From Mytilus edulis (lineage: Eukaryota), in the NCBI RefSeq assembly GCF_963676685.1, contig NC_092350.1, forward strand, positions 35,216,001 through 35,280,000: 64,000 nt of DNA, given 5' to 3'. Below, one piece after another: positions 53,271 through 64,000 of the stretch; the first letter of the stretch is position 1, and every line of letters begins with the position of its first letter. The position numbers were made by a program, and so were the translations under genes. The notes under the pieces are model-generated. The model worked only from the letters and a program-made list of their open reading frames with translations, searched no databases and was not told the origin of the DNA.

Positions 53271-55254
53271 GGAATACTATTTAAGTTTAAATTACAATTT
53301 AGTGCACCATGCATGACATCGTTCATCAATTGGTTTATGTCTAGTACCCACATGTTTAACGCCACAACATTCTGTATGTATGTGCCTGTCCCAACTCAAA
53401 AGATCTATTCTTAATATAAAATGAATTTAAGAACTGAAGAACAAAAAGAATTAGACACTGCGAAAATGGTACATTCGCATACTAAGAGTGTGCCCTCATT
53501 TGTAACAACACAGTGGTAGTAACACAAACCTAGGATAAAAAAAATACAACAAACAATGCATGTTTTTATAATGTCCTTCTTGAGATACCTATAATTGTTT
53601 TTTAGAGACAAATACGTACAAATTTTTAGGAGTCGCTTAATTTCACGTCATAATCTACTGGGGTTTTTTAAGTAACGCATGTTACGGTTGCAACATCCTT
53701 GGGCTATCTAATTCTATTAAGGAGCTTTAGTTTTTAAGCCCTCGAATAATTATTAGGTTTGACTTTCTAAACGTTTGGTTTCCAGTAAACCCGATGGAGA
53801 TTGTTCCATTAAATAAACACATATATACGCATGGTAATTAGCATACGGAGCTTTTTGCGCCATAAAATACAGAAACTAGAAGATGGTATCAAGTTTTATT
53901 GATGAATTCAATAATAAGTAAGATATAATATCTTAGATGTAATACCTATTATATATACATCTATGGATATACTAATGAATTTTTTTTTACAAATTTTAAA
54001 ATCTAGAACTTTATAAACAACTATGACAAAGAAACATTATACAATTAATTTTAGGAAAATTTACATGTTTACCAACGGTTAAAAATACGTCGGCGACTTT
54101 TATACAAAATGACATTTTTCAATCGGTTTGGGCTGTCATTAGAAGCAATATCATTCAGACAATACAAAAAGATGCCCGTATATAAACTATCTGCACTACT
54201 TTGAATAATTCAAGTGTATATTGTTGCCATAAACTACTGATCAGAAGCTGTTTTATATGTGGTATCAACAATTTTGATATCGCATGCGCAGAATGGAATA
54301 TATATACCATGCATATAATAGTTGAATAACCTTACTGTTCCAGTCATTGGAACATATGCTTTTAAATCATTCATCGGTGAATAAATAATAGATTTTTCTA
54401 TAAATAGTGCATACGTATTTTATTTTTCAATACACTAGGTTCTTCCTCACAACGATAAATAAAGCGTATAAAGTTGAGAAGACACATACATACACATAGG
54501 TAAGATTAGAACTATTATAATGGTCAAATACTATCACCCGACGACATTTTTTTGGACAATAACTTTATACCATTATGGTTTAATTTAACTATGATACTAA
54601 TGTGTTAGGAAAATGATCAATATCTTCTTCCGGGTGAATAATCCTTTCATATAAAATGACTTGAATGTCATATACGTCATTGATCGCCATTAAAAAAAAC
54701 AGCATTTGAAAAGATATAGTAGCTATGATGATCAGAGAAGCAATACTGGTTAGTGCAAAAGTTACATTACTGTTCAATTCATGATAAGCAGGTAAATAAT
54801 AGGGCCAAGAGTAACCGAGTACTCGAGTACTCGCCTGGCAGGCCGAGTACTCGGATACCCGTTTGGCTTTTTTTTTTTTTTTTTTTTAGATATTTATTAA
54901 ATATCATACAGATTAAAGACAATCTTTAATATTTAGATCAGTTTTTGAAGACGCAATTCTGCGATTCCACGTTTGCAGCTACTTTTCCCGAGAGTATCAG
55001 CTTCAGCCTTAGTTCGGCGGTATGTGTTAATACACAGTTAAGTTTGTTTTGAAATGCGTTATGATACATAAAATCATAAACAGTTTCGGAAAGAAGCATT
55101 AGATTAAATACGTCATACATGTTTGGACGTATGACACGCTGCAAACATAACTTGGTTCTCCTGTCTAATTTCATTTCAAAGTCGATGGAAAATTTTTAAA
55201 TGAAGTTCGTTTACCAAATTCTTTGTCTTTCCTTTGTTTCAGATAAAGCACAAT

Positions 55255-56823
55255 ATGAATATAAATGATCTACCGGCAGAGATGCTGATCGAGATATTCA
55301 CTTACCTACCAGAACGGGATTTCCTGAGAAATGCTCGCCATGTCTGTCAAATATGGAATCTCATTTCAAAGTCACCAATCCTTCGACAAAATGTTGACAT
55401 AAGTAAATACATGGATTCATACGCCTATCCTCTGAAATATTTCTCGGCCATACAACTCTTTATAAGGAAACTTGTTATGCATTCTACATATATACAGACA
55501 TTCGAGAAACATCACCAAGATGTGAAATTTGAAAATCTTAAATCATTACACATCACTAGTAAGGTGCAATGTACTTGGTGGCCAAATTCTATATTCAATA
55601 ACTTTTTCTCTATGTTTCCAAATGTTCAGATAATCAAGATTACCCCTGAATTTTATAGGGATGCTGAAAATTGTTTATATGCATTGTCTCAATTCTCGAT
55701 CATTGAATTAGACTTTGGATATTATGGTAGCGATTCGTATATATCAGGCAACCTACAGCTGCACTATAGGATTATACAATTTGTCCAAGTTCAAAGAAGT
55801 TTGAAAATCTTAAAACTCCGGGCGTCGGACTATTTTGCGGAAGATACGGTGGCGCAAATTCTTGAAAAATGTCCAACGATGACATCCTTGAATATTTCAG
55901 GAACCTATGTATCAGCAGAATCCTTCAAAATCTCGACAAATGCTTTGGCTTTAACCGAGTTTTATATAAAATCAGAAAACGAGTTTAAAGATGACGACTT
56001 AAAAGCATTAACAAAACGTGCTCCATGTCTAAAAACTCTACATATTGAAGGTTGCAGGTCGATAACAGAACGTGGATTTCTCCATATTGCATTTAATTGT
56101 TCTCATCTCAAGAGGCTGTTTATTGGAAAATTAGATTCGAATTGTGTGACTGATGTAGGAAGTGACATCATCACAAAAATAGCAAAAGCGTGTCCTCATC
56201 TAGAAATTCTTTCTGCAATTGGCTGTTCAAAACTTGAAGACGATTGTATAATGGATCTGGCTTCTTCATGCGGCAGTCTTCGGGGTATAAATCTAAACGG
56301 TTGTACCAATATTACAGATGTTTCATTTTTTGCACTAGCTGACCACTGTCCATTGCTGAATGTGTGCGAGGTACGAGACAGTGCTATATCTCTCAAATGT
56401 GCAATGTATTTGATACAGCATTGCAAAGGTCTTACCAAATTGAATATGTCGAACTGCAACAATATTGAGGACAAAAATGATTCCGAACTTGAAAATATGT
56501 TGGAGGCCCAGACTCAAAATAGCCAACCAAGAACAAATTCTTCAGTCAATAGTGAACTTGATACGGCGTCTAACTCCCGAATGCATTGTTTCCACTCTCA
56601 CTTGAAAGACTTAGATCTAAGTGAAAGCATGCATGTTACAAGAACGTTAGTGACCAAGTTAACTAGAATATTACCAGATCTGATATCTCTCAAGTTGTCA
56701 GTATCGGCTGATATTGAGTCAGATAAGGAATGGTTCCAGGAAATATTTGAGAACTGTGTTTGTTTGTCCGAATTCAAACTTTCTACGACAACAATTCAGA
56801 GGCAAGATTACCTAAAGTTATAA
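55255..56823 (+). CDS. F-box/leucine-rich repeat (FBXL-type) protein, ~522 aa, single coding exon
   Basis: F-box INDLPAEMLIEIFTYLP...VCQIW followed by cysteine-containing LRRs (LKTLHIEGCRSITE, LRGINLNGCTNITD, LTKLNMSNC). The track's TTG start lies in a polypyrimidine acceptor (AG 55241-55242); first ATG is 55255. Candidate upstream donor near 54500. Confidence 0.92.
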   Translation: MNINDLPAEMLIEIFTYLPERDFLRNARHVCQIWNLISKSPILRQNVDISKYMDSYAYPLKYFSAIQLFIRKLVMHSTYIQTFEKHHQDVKFENLKSLHITSKVQCTWWPNSIFNNFFSMFPNVQIIKITPEFYRDAENCLYALSQFSIIELDFGYYGSDSYISGNLQLHYRIIQFVQVQRSLKILKLRASDYFAEDTVAQILEKCPTMTSLNISGTYVSAESFKISTNALALTEFYIKSENEFKDDDLKALTKRAPCLKTLHIEGCRSITERGFLHIAFNCSHLKRLFIGKLDSNCVTDVGSDIITKIAKACPHLEILSAIGCSKLEDDCIMDLASSCGSLRGINLNGCTNITDVSFFALADHCPLLNVCEVRDSAISLKCAMYLIQHCKGLTKLNMSNCNNIEDKNDSELENMLEAQTQNSQPRTNSSVNSELDTASNSRMHCFHSHLKDLDLSESMHVTRTLVTKLTRILPDLISLKLSVSADIESDKEWFQEIFENCVCLSEFKLSTTTIQRQDYLKL

Positions 56824-58203
56824 GTGGTGGAATTTTGTTATGCTTCTGGCATTTATTTTAGTTTACCATTCAGCCTTGATTGCTATCCGCATGATGGGGT
56901 TTCATAATGATGCATAAAGTTAAGGGTTTTGCTGCCCGAGTCTTACTTTCATATGATTTTCTTTGTCTAATGTATGTCACATTTAGTACATTAGTTTTTC
57001 TTTTTGAAAAAGAAAAAAATAAATAAATTGTACGAACAGTACCACTGGTCAACCATCAACTTCTAACTCATGCGCAGCACCTATTAATTCTTACAAGTTT
57101 AAGTTTGGTTATTTTTGTTTGCTCAATGGTATTTTTCTTTCTTTTTTGACGACATATAGATACTTCATTTGTACGAAAATCCAGTTTTGTCTCTACACAC
57201 AAATAAAACTACTAAAAAGAGTGTTAAAAATAAATAGATACATGGGATAACTATTCAACAGACACCAAATAACGAGAACTACATGTCACCGTACTGCCTT
57301 GAACTATCCAGCCCAATCCGTAAAGAAAACCTTAAAAAGCCCCGGCATCACAAAAAATTAAACACATCTACCACAAGAGAAAAACAACGACATGATTTAT
57401 GCAAAAACAATTAGGAAAAAACAAACATGGCAAAAACAAATCATAAATGCATATTTTCGAGTGGTATTTTGGTCTTTGTAAGAGAATAAGGTCAAGCCTT
57501 TCCATTCTATGAAAGAAAATATTATTGTATAGTACATTCTCCTAGATCATGAGAGTTTAATTTGATGATACAGTCAGAGGGCAAAAGTATTTCACCACTT
57601 GAACATTTTGCTATTATATAATACATTTATATCAAGAACACTAAAAACATTATCCTTCAGTTATTTTGTTCAATTTGAATGAAACTTTAACTGCTAAACG
57701 AAAAAAAAGTTTACGGTCTGCAATTTTGTGCCATTATTATGATACCTGTGTTTGATAAACTAATAAAGGAAATAACTTTATGATAAATGTGAATCAGCAT
57801 GAAAGAAATTGATGGTTTGGGAAAGATATAATAATACTTGGTTCACTACTTTTTAAATAGAGTTCTTTTCAGATCTAACCATAGATTAATCACAATCATA
57901 TTTCGGATATAACTTCGATTTAGTCTTGTAGCAGTCAATTGTAAATAAATAAATAAAACATTCGTTCATAACAACTTTTAATTATATTTTTATAATAAAT
58001 GTATAACAAAATGATTGAAATGATTTAGCCTTAAAAATATAAAATACAAATGACAATGAGCATGGATGATATCATGAATGTTGCCTTTAAGATTAAAAAC
58101 TAAATTAAGATTATAAATAACAATGACCTTGAATGAAATAAGAATGCCTTTGAGAATAAAAAAAAAGTAAAAAAAAGGCAAATGGCAAAGAGCGGTTGTA
58201 TAA

Positions 58204-61200
58204 CTAGGGCTTCGTCCAGAAATTCACCCAGTCTCTACAATTGTTGTTGCTTGAGTCTGGATTCATGGACATATTGATTTCATAGTTATTGTACATTCCA
58301 GAGGTTTTCCATGTTGCTACTGTTTCTGTAATATATTAAAAATATCATTATGCATGTATTTTATATAATACAATACAATAAAAAAAAAATGAACAAGTTT
58401 TTGTATTAATGGTTTTAACAAATGTGACGAGTTTAATGTTTGTATATACGAAAATATACTAATAGTCGTATGTACTACGATTTACAAAGACGTCATGTGT
58501 TAACTGTGGTGTAAAGAACTATGATCACCTTGAGTTCTACCCGAAAGTATTACCGATGCTAAAGAATGGCGTCCATTTGGCTGTGATGGTTGTATAAATA
58601 CATAGCTACGTCTATTTGGGATATGGACGTTCAATCGGATGTCTTGTAGATCCGTTACATTGATACGCTTAATTTCAGGTGATATGTATCATCTATAGGG
58701 TCTTCAGTTTTCTATCAGTGTATGTTTATGTTTTTGTGTCAGATTATTGAAAATTATCGTTAAAAAATAACCATGTTCTAAAGAAAATGTTTGGAAATAG
58801 ATAAAGTATAAATGTTCTGCATGTATGTGCTAAAACTGTTTTAAAAAGAGATAATTTGATGTGTGGTTATGTGATGTTAACTTACCTTTGTCTCCTTGTT
58901 GTGTACTCGCCATATACGCTCTGTCACAATTGGCTGCTTTAGAACATATGGCACTGATCATACGACTCTTTCCCATAAGTGTTTGAACTGTGGCAGCATC
59001 CTCCTGGGAGACGTATATAGGAACTACATCCTTTACTACATTTCCACCCTAAAACGATTAAATAGGTTTAAATAACCAATGAATTCTGTAGACAGAGCAA
59101 AGTCTGAGTAGAAAATGGTCCTTACAATCACAGTTTAACATCAGTTATTTATTTAATTTTTTTCTGGGAGCGGATAAAAAATATATTTAGAATACACATT
59201 AATTCCCCAGCAGCTCAACGTAATAATATAAATAATCAATAATCAATAAATTCTGTTACTGTAAATAAATTGACAGTCCTTAAAATGGCCAAGCATCTAC
59301 ATGTATATCATATGTCAGGTTAGTCTAACCAAGTCGCTAATAAAATGAATACCGAGCTTCAAAAATGTCTTGAACAAATCGCGATCTTGTGCAATGCCAA
59401 CATAACATTGCTGTACAAAAATTCGATACAGAATAGTTGTTTCAATACAAATCGGTAATACATCTTCTATATAGTGAAACTTTGAATTGATGTTCATTGT
59501 TTAAAGAAGTTTGCTTATATTCGCCTTATATATACAGTGTATAATTATTTTCTGAAATGTTATCGTAACTTAATTATTATTTTTATAATATTTACTTACA
59601 TTTTTTAGAGCCTCTAAATCTTGTTTCACAATGTCCATGGTTTTTGTATCGTCCATCTCGGCGATAAAACAGAACTTGACTCTTCCGCTTTTCACGCTGA
59701 TTGCACCTAGTGCCTGAAAGGAAAATCAAGATCACTATATATTTCAACATAATGAGAGCAGGACTTTCAGCGGCGGGGTCAGGATATCCGGGGTTTGGAC
59801 CCTCTCCCTTTTTGACGATCAATGCATTTGAATGGGGACATAAGGTTAAACAATTTTTTTTATCCTAAGTTGGAACCCACAACAACTTTTGAAAATATAG
59901 CTGGATCTGTTCCTGTCTTTCATGTGTCATATTACATTTGAACAGTACTTATTACTAGTATGAAGTTGTCGTTCATCATTCTTAATGTATAAGCAACTGG
60001 GAATATAAATGTAATATTTGTCGCTTGACACTATATAACATCGACCTATCATTTTGTTAGTGCTCAACCCTGGAGGGAATCTCATGATTTGAAACTTACA
60101 AAATGTCCTACACTGTAGTATAAGTAAATAGAAATCTATGAAATTTAAACACAAGGTTTATGACCATAAAAGAAAGGTAGGGTTAGATTTTGGGAGTTTT
60201 GGTCTCAACAGTTTAGGAATAAGGGGCCCAAAGAGTTCAAAATTGAACTTTGTTTGATTTCATTAAAAATTAAATAATTGGGGTTCTTTGATATGCCAAA
60301 TTTAACTGTGTATGTAGATTCTTAATTTTTTGGTCCCATTTTCAAATTGGTAATATTAAAGTCCAAAGGGTCCAAAATTAAACTAAGTTTGATTTTAACA
60401 AAAAATGAATTCTTGGGCTTTTTTGATATGCTGAATCTAAACATGTACTTAGATTTTTGATTATGGGCCCAGTTTTTATACCCGTCAAAATTTTGACGGG
60501 ACGTATTATGGTATACAAATGTCCGTCTGTCTGTCCGGCTTAAACATGTCGCACCGTAACTTGAGAACTTGAGAACGACTTATCCAAATTTCATGGTTCC
60601 AACAGTTTAGGAATTAGGGGCCAAAAAAGGACCCAAATTAGCATTATTCTTGGTTTTCGCACAATAACTTTAGTATAAGTAAATAGAAATCAATGAAATT
60701 TAAACACAAGGTTTATGACCACAAAAGGAAGGTTGGGATTGATTTTGGGAGTTGAGGTCCCAACAGTTTAGGAATTAGGGGCCAAAAAGGGGCCCAAATA
60801 AGCATAATTCTTGGTTTTCAAAAAGTGAACATGATTAAGCTGATAACACAAAGAACAACTTAATTTGACAACATTTATAAATAAACGGAGTCAAAAATTA
60901 AACTCGAATGTGATATGATTTGTGGGGGGGGGGGGTATATGTTCCTAAAGAAATTTAAATTTAAAAATGTCTTTTTTAACCTAAAATTAAGACAAAATGC
61001 ATTGTAAAAATAAGGAAGTAGTTTCGAACCACATAGCGGTTACATCAAGTAATAGATGTTTAACAAATATTTGGTCTGATTGTTAAAAATCAGATACTCA
61101 CCGCATTAACGTCATATATGAAGAACGACGTATTGAAGCCTATAGCCTCATTGTTCACCGTGTCACGTGATTTCACAAACACTACATCCAATCCATCGCG

Positions 61201-62471
61201 GTATATTGCGCTTTCCGCTACATTCACATTGCCAACTGTGTTAGTCCATGTTGTATTAATGAAGTTCTAAAACATACAATATTATAAATAACATTGGAGA
61301 ATACAAGTAAAAAGACAAGAATATGCCGTGGATGTGCGATATTGGGTTAAAAAAGGGTTTTTACTCCTATTATTCAGCTTGTTAGTCGCTGGCACTAGCT
61401 AAATCATATAAATTAGGGGAAAGTTTTTACAGGAGAAAATAAACTCCGAAGATCTACAAATTTTATTCCAGTAACTGTCAACATTCTTTATAATACATTA
61501 CGGTTTTGCATGGATTTGCATTTGTGTTGTTTTTTAATATCAATTTTTATAAGATTACTCTCAATTTTTTAATCTAAGAGTTTTTGGTGGTGTTTTTTTC
61601 AAAGAAATTTACATAATGTAAAGAAATCAGTCTAAATAGACCAGTATGTTATCCTCTAGATGACTTCGGATTTTGTTTTGATTAGGTTAGTAATGTTAGT
61701 TCCAGATTAATGTATATCCTCAAATACTTTAATTGCGAGAAAGAAAAGAAAATTACTTTGGCCACAAACTTTTTTTTTTCTAATTGATAAACATTTTACG
61801 TGGACGAATTTAGAAATGAGGAGTTTAAATCCTCATGCAAAGATACCTTCACTATTCTTATCGTGTTCCTTTTTGGTAAAATAGTTCCTCACGTGTTCTG
61901 GTATTCAAACATCCTTAATTGACTTTAATTATGTTGTTTTTTTTAACGTTTATGAAGAATGCAAAACCAGATAGGCAGTTTGGACGCATCAAATTTATTT
62001 AAAAAAAATAAAGTATTGGACATGATTATTCATGACCATGACTTTGAATGTTAATGTCAAAAACATGCTGATACATTTTTTGATTTTGATTGAACGAAAA
62101 TTAAAAATTATGAATTATAGGAACCTAGATAAATTAACAAGGGTGTGAAAATTATTTATAGCTTTATTGTTACAAACAAATATGAAGATATATAATCAAT
62201 CTAATCTGTATAGTTAATATTCACCAGGCTTACGAAGAATTATATTAATTAAAAAAACTACAAATATACCGAATCATGCGAAACTATCTATTTTGTTAAA
62301 AGAGATTAAACCAAGTTGAATCAATGAATTGAATTCAATATGCAATAATATATGTCCCCTTACCATTCTTCGTGCATAGTTTCTCCATTTATTTTTGTTT
62401 TGACTTCTCCAACTCGCTTGGCAAATAGCAATTGCCAAACAACACACAAACAAAAACATCAATTTGTTCAT
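58204..62471 (-). CDS. Secreted BRICHOS-domain-like protein, ~223 aa. Exons 62471-62364, 61266-61102, 59713-59600, 59048-58886, 58325-58204
   Basis: Phase-consistent GT-AG splicing (672 nt). Signal peptide MNKLMFLFVCCLAIAICQA. BRICHOS-like motifs FFIYDVNAALGAISVKSGRVKFCFIAEMD and ISAICS. The gene model is well supported; the domain call is by motif resemblance. Confidence 0.75.
60090..60825 (-). repeat. Partial HINE-like repeat (reverse complement of units at ~7750-8280)
   Basis: Repeated AACAGTTTAGGAATTAGGGGCCAAAAA units. Confidence 0.6.
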
Positions 62472-64000
62472 CTTGAATTTCAAGTTTCTTTTCCTGATAC
62501 AACTTACTGTTTTGACAAACTCTATTTACAACTTGGCTCTTATATACCATGTGTAGTACATGTGTCATGAGGTCATTATGCAAAGGTTCATCCGTAGTTC
62601 TTATATGATTAGATGTCTTAATTATCCACATGGTTTCCCTTTGGCTAAAACATCATAGATTCTTATCATCATGTTTACTTACAAGAAACAACATGCGCAC
62701 ATGTTAATGCACATGATGTATATATTAAGAGCGTGTGTTTTGTAACGTTACTGACATTAGTACTATTAATTTAGCTACTACTTGGCTACTCCAGATTCCA
62801 AAAATTATTTCAGCGACCAATATTATTCAGCATTCAAATGTATAAAATTAATTTTTATATTTTAAAAAAAAATAATCAAAAAATCAGATAGGCATGTCCC
62901 ACAAACTTATTCATGTTATTCCAAATTTTCTTAAAATTTAAAAAAATATGTTTTTAAAAAGGCTTTATCAAAAAATGCTTTAATACTAGTTACGCTGATA
63001 TACTTTTTATTTTAGTGATGGCATTTGTTTATCATTATACTCCATACTGCGAGTGTTTACATAATTTTAGTTTATGCTTGAAATCAGTCTTTCTTAAGAA
63101 AAAAATGAACAACTGGCATTTCTGGTATGAAACATTTCGAATGCTGCATGTTTAGATATTAACGTATTAGTATTGTACTTATTTCTTAAATTTTTTGATC
63201 AAATAGAAATTTATTTAGGTTTATTAACATATTAACAATTTAAGGAAAAAATGCTAGATTAAATTAATTTTAAGTGGAATATATACATTTTGTTATCCGT
63301 TTGACCTTCATTTTCGATTTTTAGTAAACATGCTACGGTGAAAGCTTAGAAAGATCAACCTTTATTTCAATGTACGTCTTCGTTATAAATCATCATTTCA
63401 AAGTCTACATTTCATTTTTATGGTAATGTCATGATAAAATTAAAAGTGGAAACGGGGAATGTGTCAAAGAGACAACAACCCGACCATAGAGCACACAACA
63501 GCCGAAGGCTACAAATAGGTTGTCAATGCAGCGAGAAACTCCCGCACACGGAGGAGTCCTTCAGCTGTATTTTCCAACGAATTCTTAGGGTCCTTTGAAT
63601 TTTTCTGGTCTTAAACTAGAGCCCAATCAATTTATTTTTCGGCATCTAAACATTTGTTTTCGGTCATACTAGAAACCTGATTAACTTGATTAGGATTTTT
63701 TTTAAATTATGCCTTGTACAACGAAATCAACATCTTACTTTTGCACCCCATGAATACTAATCTAAATGAAATATACGCTCAAAATAAACAGGACCCAATT
63801 GAAGATGCACCTTTATTTTTGTTTTCACTGGTCGAGGGATGGGAGGGATGAGATCTCAAATTAGATGTGTAGCCACTTCATATGTTATATTAAAAGTGCC
63901 TTTTCCACCTATTCTAATGTGATCTGTTGCATGTAAGGAATCTCTGTTGTCGGTAGTTTTATTTGCTATAGATTATTTTGAGATATTGTGACAAAGGAAA

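Noticed and set aside
53740-53830. Hammerhead ribozyme remnant
   Set aside because: The CTGATGA and GAAA cores are not intact (CCCGATGG...ATTAAA), so it cannot be supported.
54799-54870. Complete transposon at the CGAGTACTCG repeat cluster
   Set aside because: It looks like one transposon end, but I found no matching second TIR or TSD.
55234-55254. TTG start of the F-box ORF
   Set aside because: It lies in a splice-acceptor tract; ATG 55255 directly precedes the F-box.

Overview
AT-rich, repeat-rich animal genomic DNA, most likely a bivalve; Mytilus-like is my inference from the 18S fragment and repeat types. Manual splicing gives five protein-coding genes, most of them only fragmentary in the ORF track: an 18-exon LARGE glycosyltransferase (minus, 5863-21141, ~721 aa); a 10-exon PEX16 with a U12-type intron (plus, 29785-39616, ~354 aa), head-to-head with LARGE; a 4-exon Shisa-like six-cysteine membrane protein (49542-52573); a single-coding-exon F-box/LRR gene (55255-56823); and a 5-exon secreted BRICHOS-like protein (minus, 58204-62471). 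Mobile DNA includes two CR1/L2-type LINEs, a decayed Penelope-like RT, a HERO-like 3' fragment, several Helentron/HINE-like elements, TIR elements with clear target-site duplications and fold-back palindromes. Highlights are a hAT-derived element with 5-bp TSDs carrying a long hairpin fused to ~490 bp of 18S rDNA, and the LARGE/PEX16 divergent pair, which matches human PEX16/LARGE2. All coordinates were read by eye and no database searches were run.
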